Under the pieces are notes generated by a model. The model did no database searches, was not told the DNA's origin, and was given only the letters and a program-made list of their open reading frames with translations. This document shows, piece by piece, positions 19,053 to 28,560 of a stretch of DNA of 64,000 nucleotides. The position numbers were made by a program, and so were the translations under genes. Location of the stretch: positions 7,768 through 71,767 of the forward strand of contig CAYQYZ010000004.1 in NCBI GenBank assembly GCA_964422025.1, read 5' to 3'. This DNA is from an uncultured Gammaproteobacteria bacterium. GTDB lineage: Bacteria > Patescibacteriota > Microgenomatia > UBA1406 > HO2-37-13b. Each line of letters begins with the position of its first letter. Position 1 is the stretch's first letter.

Positions 19053-20741
19053 TTAGTTTAGTTTTGGATAATGTAGGTATTTATTCAACAAATGAAACTT
19101 CTTTTCTAAGTAATATGCAAGAATAAATCCCAAGAAGGCTGCGACAGAAATGATATTACCCAATGTTCGAACTTTTGTATTGGTGAATTTGAGGTAAATA
19201 TCATGCTTGCCTGCAGGAACGTTATAGGTGATTACTCCTCGATAATCAGGGTCTTGGAATTGAATTTCGACTGGTTGGCCATCGACCCACACTTTCCACC
19301 CTGGAAAATAAAATGTGTAGTCGACCATTCGAGTTTCTGTTTCATTTTCTACAGTATATTTTCGCCAAGAATTTGACAGTTCGCTCTTTACCACCTTTCC
19401 AGTGCCTCCAATGATTCCAACTTTTTCAGGATGAACCGGATAATCGACTGTCTCTCCGGTCCACACGGTGTTCATGTTGGTGGAATGGAGATTAATTACG
19501 GTAAATAGATACCGACTCATTGGATGATTGGTGTTGTTTTTACTATATAGTTGTGGGAAACGCGTAATTGCAAAAAATGCGATTAAACAAAATGCCGCGA
19601 TATGCATGACTTTTACATTCGTCTTGTTGAGGAGGTATGCGACGATAATAGGTGGAAGGAAAATAAAGAGCGATAACATTCTCCAAGGAAACTGAATATT
19701 ACTTAGTAGATTTATTTTTTGATAAAAAATGAGGGCATAGTCCGTAGTGAAAATGAGCGTTACAAGGCTCACAAGAACGGTTAAATCGAGAAGATCGGGT
19801 TTCCATTTTCTATTGCGAAGAACTCTCCCTAATACGAACAACACTCCTACCGCGACAATAATAACTTCGAATAATCCTGGTGTTACAAAATGTCCGCGAT
19901 TCAAAATATCTCTTTCCAGATAGTAATACCAATTAGGATCTATGAAGTTATTCAAATGAAGGGTTTGTCCGGGTGTTAAATGATTTCCACGACCGTAATA
20001 AAAATACTTAATTTCAATTTGAAGGGGAAGTAAATAATAAGCCGCCATGAGAAGTCCCCATGCCATAAGAAATCCAGAGAGTAAAAAGGGTCGGATTTTA
20101 TCTTTTTCATCTTTTAATAAGAAGAAAAAGTATGGAACAACGATAAACATTGAAACAACTAACATCATGGGGTGACTTAACGCCAAGCCGGCCATGGCGA
20201 TTGTTAAAAATGGAATTGCCCACAATTTCCTCTCCTTTATTAGGTAGTATAGTGCCATGAGAACAAGGGGGAAAAATACGGATGCAAAAAATTCTGGTAA
20301 CGCCTCTCGAATGTACAAGTTAAGAATTCTGTACGGAGCGACGTTATACAAAAAGACTGCAACGAACGAGGCTAGCGGAACAAAGTAAATTCTAAGAAAT
20401 CGATAAAAAATGACGTTTGACAAAACAGTGGCGATAAGCGCAACAATTTTCCAGGAAGTTATGGTGTTATTGGTAATGAGCGTAATCCACGCTCCCAAGT
20501 ATGAAATTAGCTGGTGAGCGACCATAGGAACCGGCATGCCGTAATTTGCAAACCAATTTGACCAGGTGGGCTTTAAATCGCCTGAAAGCATGGCGCGGTA
20601 AAACTGGGTTATGGTGGTAATATGAACGCGGCCGTCCATGTGAGCACTGTGGCCGTTGTTAAAGAAGAGATCGAAGACAAGGAGAGCGGAAATGAGAACA
20701 ATCAGCGAGATGTAGATTTTGTCGATTTTTTCTTTGAACAT
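19053..20741 (-). CDS. polytopic membrane protein, GT-C-like paralog family III
   Basis: Paralog of 11823..13481 (FQFPWRMLSLFIF; YFPGWKVWVDGQPVEI); ATG at 20741 has GGAAG SD 6 nt upstream; track start 20753 is TTG. Confidence 0.7.
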   Translation of the reverse strand: MFKEKIDKIYISLIVLISALLVFDLFFNNGHSAHMDGRVHITTITQFYRAMLSGDLKPTWSNWFANYGMPVPMVAHQLISYLGAWITLITNNTITSWKIVALIATVLSNVIFYRFLRIYFVPLASFVAVFLYNVAPYRILNLYIREALPEFFASVFFPLVLMALYYLIKERKLWAIPFLTIAMAGLALSHPMMLVVSMFIVVPYFFFLLKDEKDKIRPFLLSGFLMAWGLLMAAYYLLPLQIEIKYFYYGRGNHLTPGQTLHLNNFIDPNWYYYLERDILNRGHFVTPGLFEVIIVAVGVLFVLGRVLRNRKWKPDLLDLTVLVSLVTLIFTTDYALIFYQKINLLSNIQFPWRMLSLFIFLPPIIVAYLLNKTNVKVMHIAAFCLIAFFAITRFPQLYSKNNTNHPMSRYLFTVINLHSTNMNTVWTGETVDYPVHPEKVGIIGGTGKVVKSELSNSWRKYTVENETETRMVDYTFYFPGWKVWVDGQPVEIQFQDPDYRGVITYNVPAGKHDIYLKFTNTKVRTLGNIISVAAFLGFILAYYLEKKFHLLNKYLHYPKLN

Positions 20742-20785
20742 ATTGACTTCCAAATTCTTAAAAACAATTATATACTACATACAGA

Positions 20786-21376
20786 ATGAAAAATATAGAG
20801 AGAAAATATGTGCTGATTGTTGGGATCGTGATTCTGGGATTATTTGTGTTTACGCAGCCCAAGCTCTCAGCCTACCTGTTCCCATTTAAGCGACAGGCTA
20901 TGTGGAGAGAGTTTAAGCAGACTGTCATTGATGCTCGTGGTATTGAAGGACAAACCTTCTGGAAATTTCGCGAATTTTATTACCCCGGGTCATTTACATT
21001 TGAGCCAAATGGGTTTGGGAAAGAACTAACTGCGCAAAAGGCAAAAGAACTCTCTATTACTCTCTTGCCACAGGCAACCGCAAGTGCATTTTTGATTTAC
21101 GAATCAGGGAAGTTTAATAGCTTGGAAGCGCTGGTGAATCCAGGAGACTTGGCTGCAACCGTGAAAGATAATGGACCAATCCAATCATCAAATGAAGGAT
21201 CTTTTGATGGATCGTACACTATGTATGTGTCAGGTAATAAAGCGCGCATTATGTTTATAAAGCCAGTTTCTGAAATGGTAAAGGCGAACGGGTATTTTGA
21301 TTTGAAAAATAAACAGGATGCCGCGAGAATTGAGGGGAAATATTGGCTGAGCGTAAGCGAAGTTGAATTAGATTAA
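20786..21376 (+). CDS. membrane-anchored/secreted hypothetical protein
   Basis: N-terminal TM (YVLIVGIVILGLFVF) then a soluble domain; TATACT box (20771-20776) 9 nt upstream of the ATG. Confidence 0.65.
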   Translation: MKNIERKYVLIVGIVILGLFVFTQPKLSAYLFPFKRQAMWREFKQTVIDARGIEGQTFWKFREFYYPGSFTFEPNGFGKELTAQKAKELSITLLPQATASAFLIYESGKFNSLEALVNPGDLAATVKDNGPIQSSNEGSFDGSYTMYVSGNKARIMFIKPVSEMVKANGYFDLKNKQDAARIEGKYWLSVSEVELD

Positions 21377-21378
21377 TT

Positions 21379-21513
21379 ATGGAATATCCATTATTAAACA
21401 ATACGCCTAAGGGGCTTGACAGTTCCCGTAGGAAGCCCTTATTAATCCTAATACTTGTTTTCTTCGCAATGATAATCCTTGGAGTTATTCTTAATTTGCC
21501 TTATATATGGTAA
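21379..21513 (+). CDS. possible 44-aa single-TM micro-protein (below the ORF-track cutoff)
   Basis: ATG 2 nt after the stop of the 20786 gene; MEYPLLNNTPKGLDSSRRKPLLILILVFFAMIILGVILNLPYIW; basic stretch then a clean TM helix. Confidence 0.35.
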   Translation: MEYPLLNNTPKGLDSSRRKPLLILILVFFAMIILGVILNLPYIW

Positions 21514-23188
21514 CTGTCTTATTCTGAAAGATCTGCTCGATACTCCCTTGGCAACCTTCGAGGTTAGTAATCGGGCGCGATGTAAGTTCATAGAGATAGT
21601 CGACTTCATTAAGTACTTCGCAATTCCAGTCTAAGCTTTTCTCCATACGCTCCTGGTAGTCGACTCCTGTTAATTGTAATTGAACTTCATCGGCGATGTA
21701 TTGTTGTTTGCCCGAAAACGCAGCAATATATGCGGAGTCATTCATGTGCGAAAGGGGAATTGGCGCTTGTGTAGCTAGTCTGTTAATTTCTTTATTCGGG
21801 AGAGGTGAGAAAATAACACCGGATGGTTGGGTTTTAAGGAATGAAAGCGCGGCAAGCTCCTGTTCCGGAATATATGAGTGTGCTGGGAACTGTGCGAACG
21901 TTTTGAAAATGTCGATAGATGAGGGAATAGTGAGAAGGATAATGAAAAGAGTAATTATAACTCCCCCGCGCTTAAACCTCTTTACAAGTTCGTAGAGTGC
22001 GCTTGCCGTAAATATGTTCGCTAAGAAAAACGCATAGTAACTAAACTGAACCGTGTTCCACCACTGCCCTTTTTGAACAAAGAATATATTCAAGAACATA
22101 GCAAAAATAATAGTGAGCGTGATAAGGAAATGAAATGTCGTAAACTCTCTCTTAACGAGCAACTTGAGAACGTAGAGGAGTCCGAGGATTCGGGTTCCAA
22201 AATTGAGAAGTAAGAAGAGTGCTATTACTTGAAATTGGATTAAGACAAGACGCGGGCTGAACTTTCCAGAATTTTCAAGAAAATATTTTGCATTAACTTT
22301 GTCGGGCATGTACAGGAGGTTTGGATCCTCGATAAGCGGATACACAGTGGCCAGAGGTTTAAATGTCATAATTGCACCACCAGTTGTGGGTGCGAAAGGA
22401 TTATAAAAAAGGAGAACGGAAAGTGCAGCAAACGCTCCCAAAAGCCCAAAACGCGTTACAAACGAGCTCAGTTTTCGCTCCTTTATAGACTGAATGAGAA
22501 AGTATGTCCCAACAATGAATAGACTAATTACTCCTCCGTAGAATTTAAGTGCGATGTTAAGAGCAACAAGAAGACTTAAAAGAAAAATCGAACGTGCATC
22601 ACTCTTGCCTACCTTAATCATGATAAGGATGTACAGGAGGACACACAGCGAGAATCCGAATTGCACGTTGGTAAGCGTAAGAAGCGACTGCATTGCCAGT
22701 AACGCTCCCGATCCTTCGATGGTTTTATCTTTTAAGAGTGTAATGAAATACGAAAATGAGCCAGAAAAATACATGAAAAAAAGAAGAAGCCCAACGAATA
22801 GACTCGAATCATGCAATTTGCGCCCGAGTTTAATAACGAGCGCGGTAAAGAGTGTAAACCACATTAGTGGAAGAATCTTAAAGTACGTAATAAGAGCGGG
22901 GATTCCAAGTTTAGAAAATACAAAGATAACGATATCAAGAAAAAAATTGTAACCTGAAAGTTGAGCTCCTGAAAATGTGGGAGCAACAAAAGGTAAATCG
23001 GTAAATGAGGCGACCACAATTGCTAAATGCCAGATTGCATCGTGTCCATGGGCTCCCCAGAAAAAAAGTCCGCACGAATCCTTAAAGCAGTATTCACTTC
23101 CACTGGGCATAATAGTAAGCATGTATGAAACAAAGGCAACAAGGATAAGCAAAAGTAGTGCGGGGTATTTTTTGATATAATCGATCAT
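21491..23188 (-). CDS. polytopic membrane protein, GT-C/O-antigen-polymerase-like (family uncertain)
   Basis: 565 aa, >10 TM plus soluble C-terminal domain; located in the glycosylation cluster; no diagnostic motif recognised. Confidence 0.6.
   Translation of the reverse strand: MIDYIKKYPALLLLILVAFVSYMLTIMPSGSEYCFKDSCGLFFWGAHGHDAIWHLAIVVASFTDLPFVAPTFSGAQLSGYNFFLDIVIFVFSKLGIPALITYFKILPLMWFTLFTALVIKLGRKLHDSSLFVGLLLFFMYFSGSFSYFITLLKDKTIEGSGALLAMQSLLTLTNVQFGFSLCVLLYILIMIKVGKSDARSIFLLSLLVALNIALKFYGGVISLFIVGTYFLIQSIKERKLSSFVTRFGLLGAFAALSVLLFYNPFAPTTGGAIMTFKPLATVYPLIEDPNLLYMPDKVNAKYFLENSGKFSPRLVLIQFQVIALFLLLNFGTRILGLLYVLKLLVKREFTTFHFLITLTIIFAMFLNIFFVQKGQWWNTVQFSYYAFFLANIFTASALYELVKRFKRGGVIITLFIILLTIPSSIDIFKTFAQFPAHSYIPEQELAALSFLKTQPSGVIFSPLPNKEINRLATQAPIPLSHMNDSAYIAAFSGKQQYIADEVQLQLTGVDYQERMEKSLDWNCEVLNEVDYLYELTSRPITNLEGCQGSIEQIFQNKTVTIYKAN
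21549..21566 (+). repeat. family 1 half-element, copy G (inside CDS, opposite strand)
   Basis: TTGGCAACCTTCGAGGTT; read on the minus strand as NLEGCQ near the C-terminus of the 21491 gene. Confidence 0.6.
23173..23181 (+). promoter_or_regulatory. extended -10 box TGATATAAT 7 nt upstream of the ATG at 23189 (predicted leaderless)
   Basis: The box lies within codons 3-6 of the divergent 21491..23188 gene; start codons abut as CAT|ATG at 23186-23191. Confidence 0.5.
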
Positions 23189-24037
23189 ATGGCAGGAATC
23201 GCAATCATAACGGTGGTGTATAAGAATTATACGGTACTTGAGGACTTCATGGAGAGTATTCGAAAGCAGAAAGATACGGATTTTAAGTTGTTTATCGTGG
23301 ATCTAACTGAGAATGCGGTGAGTGTGCTTGATGCGAAAACCTTCGAGGATCCTAAAAAGGGATCCCGAAACGAGTTCGGGATGACAGTTCTACACTCTGC
23401 GAACAAAGGCTATGCGCATGGAATTAACGTCGGTTTAAAAAAAGCGATCGATGAAGGGTTTGAAAAATTCTGCGTAATGAATAGCGATACGTATTTTAAA
23501 GAAAACTTTGTGTCGTCAATTTCTGATTTTTTGATTGCGCATCCACGAACAATTGGAGGCGGGAAAATATACTATGCTGATGGTTTTGAGTATCACAAAG
23601 AATATGCAAAAAATGATTTGGGAAATGTGATTTGGTTTGCCGGGGGGAAAATAGATTGGAATCACGTAATCACCTCTCACGTGGGCGTTGATGAGGTGGA
23701 CGAAGGGCAGTTTAATGAAGAAAAAGAAGTGGATTTTTTAACGGGGTGTATGATGTTTTTTGACAAAGCTGCGTTGGATGTAGTGGGTTTTTGGGACGAG
23801 TCGTACTTTTTATATTATGAAGATGCAGATTGGAGTGTTCGCGCAATAAAGGCGGGCGTACGACTGGTGTACACTCCACGGGTTACCTTGTGGCATAAGA
23901 ATGCACAATCGACTGATGGGGCGGGTTCAAGTATTCATACAAAATATCAGGAAAAGAATCAGGTTAAATTTGGACTTGCGTACGCTCCTTTGCGAACTAA
24001 ACTACACTTACTAAAAAACTTATTCTGGCACAATTAG
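23189..24037 (+). CDS. GT2 glycosyltransferase (rhamnosyltransferase-like subfamily)
   Basis: IAIITVVYKNY start, NSDT (DxD-equivalent), YYEDADWSVRAIKAGV block shared with 32028..32864 (YWEDVDLSLRAKKRGW). Confidence 0.85.
   Translation: MAGIAIITVVYKNYTVLEDFMESIRKQKDTDFKLFIVDLTENAVSVLDAKTFEDPKKGSRNEFGMTVLHSANKGYAHGINVGLKKAIDEGFEKFCVMNSDTYFKENFVSSISDFLIAHPRTIGGGKIYYADGFEYHKEYAKNDLGNVIWFAGGKIDWNHVITSHVGVDEVDEGQFNEEKEVDFLTGCMMFFDKAALDVVGFWDESYFLYYEDADWSVRAIKAGVRLVYTPRVTLWHKNAQSTDGAGSSIHTKYQEKNQVKFGLAYAPLRTKLHLLKNLFWHN
23338..23386 (+). repeat. composite repeat: family-1 half site plus family 2 copy c (inside CDS)
   Basis: AACCTTCGAGG-ATCCTAAAAAGG-GATCCCGAAACGAGTTCGGGATGACA; read as TFEDPKKGSRNEFGMT. 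Confidence 0.75.
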
Positions 24038-24520
24038 CGTTTGTCCGGGTTCAAGTTCAAATGTATTGGGGCTTTTAAACGAATTAAACGGATAGTTTAC
24101 GATATTCATAGGATCAACTTTGTATTTGTCTGCAATCGTATAAACGGTCTCTCCTTGTGCGACGGTATGTAAGTATCCAGATACCGGCAAAATAGTGAGT
24201 TTCATTCCTGGTTCAACTTCTGAGTCAGTAGGAATTTCATTTGCTTTTGTTATTGTAGACTGCGAAATAGTAAAGGCTTTTGCAATTGCCTCAAGTGAAT
24301 CACCGTGTTGAGTTGTATAAAAGATAACTTCCCGACGGGGGGTTACAGATGTGGGTATGACGTGTTTAATTGATGGAGAAGCTTCTTCAACTTTGGTGGT
24401 AGGATTACTAGTTAATTTTCCCACGAAAAATACAAATGTTGCGACTAAAAGCATAAGAAGAAAAAAAGGAGTATTGTCTCCGCTCGAACCCCCGCTGTCA
24501 TGAGAACCGTGAGTTGCCAT
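24020..24520 (-). CDS. membrane-anchored protein with two LysM domains
   Basis: TM (FFLLMLLVATFVFFV), then two LysM-like units (YTTQHGDSLEAIAKAF...ANEI; HTVAQGETVYTIADKYKV...IVNYP). Confidence 0.85.
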   Translation of the reverse strand: MATHGSHDSGGSSGDNTPFFLLMLLVATFVFFVGKLTSNPTTKVEEASPSIKHVIPTSVTPRREVIFYTTQHGDSLEAIAKAFTISQSTITKANEIPTDSEVEPGMKLTILPVSGYLHTVAQGETVYTIADKYKVDPMNIVNYPFNSFKSPNTFELEPGQTLIVPE

Positions 24521-25604
24521 ATGTTATTTTACGCCTTTTCTTGAACAGAAAATAGACAAGATTTACAATGAAAAAAATCCATATAATGTCGTGTTTTTGG
24601 GAAATCGTTTGCGCTGTCCAATCGCCATACCGCACAAATGGGTAATAGGCAAACACAAGTCCAGTGAAAAAAAGAGAAAAGTTCATGAGTAGATCTTTGT
24701 AGAAAGGAAGGAAAATAAGAAGATTTAGAAAATACCAGGGTTGGATCTCGGAAGTGTAAGAAATGTAAAGAATGAGAAGTAACGTAGAGATAAAAGAAAT
24801 TAGCATGTTTCGCTCTCTAAAGTGTTTGCTCTTAATGGGGAGCGCTAGTAAAAGAAGTGGAGCGGTAAGGTATTTAATTCCTGCGGAAAGCGCAAACATG
24901 AGTGCAGACTTTTTTGAGATATTCTCGAGGAAATAATAAACTCCAATAACTCCTAGCGAGACGGCAATGAGATCGTTATGGGAGTTAATTAAGCCTTCAA
25001 CAATAATAAGTGGTTGGGTTGCAAAAAAAACGGCGACTTTTTTATCGACTTTATTAAGAAAATATACAGCAAGAAAGTAGAATGCGGCAAACATACTTTT
25101 AAAGAACCACATGTTTAGAATAAATTTTCCAAAAGCTAGAAATGACGGAACAAGTGTTATAGGCAAAAATGTTGGGCCATACGGATACACTCGAATTGTC
25201 CAATGCATAAAGCGAAGCCAGGGGTCAGTAGGGAAATCGATGGCTTTATGAAGATATGGATTTTGGTGATAAAACGTAAGTATTTTTGCATCGAATAAAT
25301 AGTTAAAAAAATCGTGGGAGAGGAATGGGTAACTTATTAGTGAGACGAGGGCTGCTCCTAACGCAAGTTTTAGAACGTTGATCCGTTTATACTCTTTAGT
25401 TGCGAAATAGTTGAATACGCCGAGTGCCGCGACTAACAATGTGAAGTATAGTGCAGAATTATACCTTTGATGATATCCGAGTTGCACCATAACATTTCTA
25501 AAATTTGTCCAGATTGGGTGCGAAATTAACGTAATATTCGGATCGATTAGTGCATACGAGTACAAGCTAAACAGTGAAAGTAGAATTATAAATATAGCTA
25601 TCAT
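24498..25604 (-). CDS. polytopic GT-C-like membrane protein (DUF2029/GT87-like)
   Basis: 368 aa multi-TM; loop motif SHDFFNYLFDAKILTFYHQNPY resembles the D..Y....G.NPY loop of GT87-type mannosyltransferases. Confidence 0.6.
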   Translation of the reverse strand: MIAIFIILLSLFSLYSYALIDPNITLISHPIWTNFRNVMVQLGYHQRYNSALYFTLLVAALGVFNYFATKEYKRINVLKLALGAALVSLISYPFLSHDFFNYLFDAKILTFYHQNPYLHKAIDFPTDPWLRFMHWTIRVYPYGPTFLPITLVPSFLAFGKFILNMWFFKSMFAAFYFLAVYFLNKVDKKVAVFFATQPLIIVEGLINSHNDLIAVSLGVIGVYYFLENISKKSALMFALSAGIKYLTAPLLLLALPIKSKHFRERNMLISFISTLLLILYISYTSEIQPWYFLNLLIFLPFYKDLLMNFSLFFTGLVFAYYPFVRYGDWTAQTISQKHDIIWIFFIVNLVYFLFKKRRKITYGNSRFS

Positions 25605-25605
25605 A

Positions 25606-27084
25606 TTATCGGGTTACAATTACAAATGTGCTGTTTTCTTTAATAATTTTATAGGGAATTTTTTCACTATCTAAATTTCCCGTGGCCCATTTGCGAGTAA
25701 TAACGGCAAAGTTTTTTTCTTTTGATTTGAAAAGAGAAACAAGTGTTTCGTCATCGATGTTAAATCCATAGTAGCGCAATTCGCGAATCGGGTATACCAC
25801 TCTGTCAGCATAATACACAGCCATGGGCAAAAAATCATCGTCTAAAAATACTCTCTGTTTGAGTAAGTGAGATGCTTGGGCAATTGCAACATCGTCGGGG
25901 ATGTATTTGTCAGCTTGAATAACTTCTGGTTTGAATGTTTTTATTTGTAAGAAAGCGACAAATAGAAATGCTCCCAAATATGCAAGAGCTCGAATTCTGA
26001 ATGGGGGGATAAAGGAAATCTTCGGGACTCTCCTAGCGAGCCATTTAGGTAAGACAATATCATAGGGAAACCACCCATATGCGGTTATGAGCGCAATGGG
26101 AATATACACCGGAATTAAATGCCACAGCTGTGTTTGTGTCGTAGTTAAAAATGGGTACAAGACAAGTGCATTCCAAGAAAGTAATAATGCGACTTCTTTT
26201 TTTAGGAAATCTCGACGGACAAAAATAATTCCCAAAGCCGCTATCCATAAGTAATACCATTTTCGAATTCCCATATGTAAATAATAAAGAGGCTGGGTGG
26301 CATTGAGCTGAAAATATGAGGTGAGGGTTTTGTTGCGCGTTCCAATGTCGACAAAATGATGCTGAATGAAGTTGTGATACGAAAGCCAATGAATGGTATA
26401 CCAAGGCAGGATGATGACGGCCGCAGCTAAAATTCCTATTACAATGAAACGAAGGCCCGCAACTTTCCGCTCCCGTACACTCCTTATGAGGTGATTACTA
26501 TTAATAAGTATGACCAACGCGATTGCAGATGCCCCCACAAGCGTCTTGGTCATAAAAAGAAGCGCAAAACTAATCATGGTGGGAACAAACCAACGAATAT
26601 CCATACGTGAGCGAATAGCGCTGTAAATGGTGAGTAGATAAAAGAATACAAAAGGCGAATCTAAATTTCCAGACCTCACCCTGAGCACAAACCACACGCA
26701 TGTGCCTAATATAGAAGCAGCAACGAAGGCCTGTGTTTTACTCCGGAACAGTCTGAGACTTAGTAAGTATGTAAGAGCTATCGATCCAATTCCAAACAAA
26801 ACACCAGGTAACCGCGTCGAAAATTCACTCACGCCCAATAGCTTGTACGATAGCGCCATAAACCAAAATCCTGCTGGCGGATGATCGAAAAACGGGAGCG
26901 AATTAAAATGCATTCGCAAAAAATCGCCCCGTGAAAGCATGTCGCGTGCAATAACAGCGTACCAGGCTTCATCCCATGAAGAAAGGGTGCTATAATTAAC
27001 GTGAAAGAAAAAAAGTATGCTGAAAAAGACTAAAAGTATATACAATCCTATATTGTTTTTAACATGACTACTAATAAACTTCAT
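25606..27084 (-). CDS. ArnT/PMT-like GT-C membrane glycosyltransferase
   Basis: 492 aa multi-TM; first-loop motif LSSWDEAWYAVIARDMLSRGDF. Confidence 0.8.
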   Translation of the reverse strand: MKFISSHVKNNIGLYILLVFFSILFFFHVNYSTLSSWDEAWYAVIARDMLSRGDFLRMHFNSLPFFDHPPAGFWFMALSYKLLGVSEFSTRLPGVLFGIGSIALTYLLSLRLFRSKTQAFVAASILGTCVWFVLRVRSGNLDSPFVFFYLLTIYSAIRSRMDIRWFVPTMISFALLFMTKTLVGASAIALVILINSNHLIRSVRERKVAGLRFIVIGILAAAVIILPWYTIHWLSYHNFIQHHFVDIGTRNKTLTSYFQLNATQPLYYLHMGIRKWYYLWIAALGIIFVRRDFLKKEVALLLSWNALVLYPFLTTTQTQLWHLIPVYIPIALITAYGWFPYDIVLPKWLARRVPKISFIPPFRIRALAYLGAFLFVAFLQIKTFKPEVIQADKYIPDDVAIAQASHLLKQRVFLDDDFLPMAVYYADRVVYPIRELRYYGFNIDDETLVSLFKSKEKNFAVITRKWATGNLDSEKIPYKIIKENSTFVIVTR

Positions 27085-28560
27085 GGGTGGAAAGTGTGGT
27101 TGCCATACATAATTTTGTTCCTTCTATTCGTTTATTTTAGAGCAAAACCCATTCATTATCAAACGGTACCGTACACGTACGACCAGGGGCGCGATTTTTT
27201 AAAGGCTGAAGAAATTGTGCGATTCAAAAATCCTACATTTATTGGACCGACTACTGGAATCGCCGGAGTGAATCATGGGGTGTGGTGGTATTACTTTTTG
27301 GCGGGAAACTATGCGGTGTTTGGTGGAAACCCAAGCGGATTTTATTGGGGAGTGCTCATTATGATGCTTATTAGTACAATTTTGTTTACCGCTTTTTTGA
27401 AAAAGGAATTCGGGAACTATATCGCATTGATCTTTTTATTAGTAGTAACAGTATCGCCGTACTTTGTTGGGATTTCGATATTTGCAGGAAATAATATTTT
27501 GGCACCTCCGTTTGTTTTACTATTTATTTATAGTGCGTATAACCTCTTCAAGTACGGTGGCGGTAAGTATATTTTTTTGACAGCGTTCTCACTAAGTATG
27601 ATCTTCGAATCAGAAATGCCATTTGGGATTTTTATAATTCCATCTTTCTTCGTAGCGAGCATTCTCTTTGCGGAGCTACGAAAAGTATATAGAAGTCGAA
27701 ATTCTCTTCTCGCACTCCTTGCAGGACTTATGCTGCCATTCGCTTTCAGAATTCTGTTCGAAATTAAACACAATTTTTCACAGATAAAAGGCATTATTGC
27801 ATTTTTTAATAATCCGTCGGCTACACATACGCAGAAATTCAGCGGTATTGTTCATGATCGGGCAGTATTATTCTTGAGTTATTTTAAGGAGATTTTTTAT
27901 GATAATAATTCATTATTGGTCTTTTCGGCAATATTACTCATACTGTCGCTATTAATTTGTCGATTCAAAACACTTTCTTCATTCAATCAAAAAATATTCA
28001 GATTCTTTATGAGCATGATCGCGCTTATTTTTATGTTCTCACTTGTATACCGAAACAATTTTTTCTGGGACTATTATTTAGAAGGAATCCAGTATTTACT
28101 CCTATTCCCTATGTTGTTACTTTTGTACAGTATTAAAGAATCAAAGAAGTTAATTGTCGCTGTACTCATTTTTTACTCAGTGCTAGTGGGAGCGAAAACT
28201 CATTACGAGTTGAACAACCATGCGGTACCAACAGTCGGGCTGCGAGCTGATATTGCAACGGTCGAGCAGGTATATTTAATAGTAGGAAAAGAAGATTTCT
28301 GTGCGCGAATTTATACTCCGCCCGTGGTTCCCAATACTTATAATTATTTGTTTCATTACTACAATTTAAGAGGGTATAAAGTTCCGCTTGAGAATCCGGT
28401 CAATGACAAATGCATGATTATTGTAGATTCTGATGAATATGTATTTCGGATCGACGAGTGGCGTAAGATGAATATTCCAAATAACTATGTAATGGTATCG
28501 AGTCACAGAATGCAGAACAAAACGCTAATTGAGTTGTGGCAGAAACCTAACGGAAAATAA
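27064..28560 (+). CDS. polytopic GT-C-like membrane glycosyltransferase, paralog family II
   Basis: YTYDQGRDFLKAEEIV and LFEIKHNF motifs shared with 6654 and 28547; 5' end overlaps the divergent 25606..27084 gene by 21 nt. Confidence 0.7.
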   Translation: MTTNKLHGWKVWLPYIILFLLFVYFRAKPIHYQTVPYTYDQGRDFLKAEEIVRFKNPTFIGPTTGIAGVNHGVWWYYFLAGNYAVFGGNPSGFYWGVLIMMLISTILFTAFLKKEFGNYIALIFLLVVTVSPYFVGISIFAGNNILAPPFVLLFIYSAYNLFKYGGGKYIFLTAFSLSMIFESEMPFGIFIIPSFFVASILFAELRKVYRSRNSLLALLAGLMLPFAFRILFEIKHNFSQIKGIIAFFNNPSATHTQKFSGIVHDRAVLFLSYFKEIFYDNNSLLVFSAILLILSLLICRFKTLSSFNQKIFRFFMSMIALIFMFSLVYRNNFFWDYYLEGIQYLLLFPMLLLLYSIKESKKLIVAVLIFYSVLVGAKTHYELNNHAVPTVGLRADIATVEQVYLIVGKEDFCARIYTPPVVPNTYNYLFHYYNLRGYKVPLENPVNDKCMIIVDSDEYVFRIDEWRKMNIPNNYVMVSSHRMQNKTLIELWQKPNGK

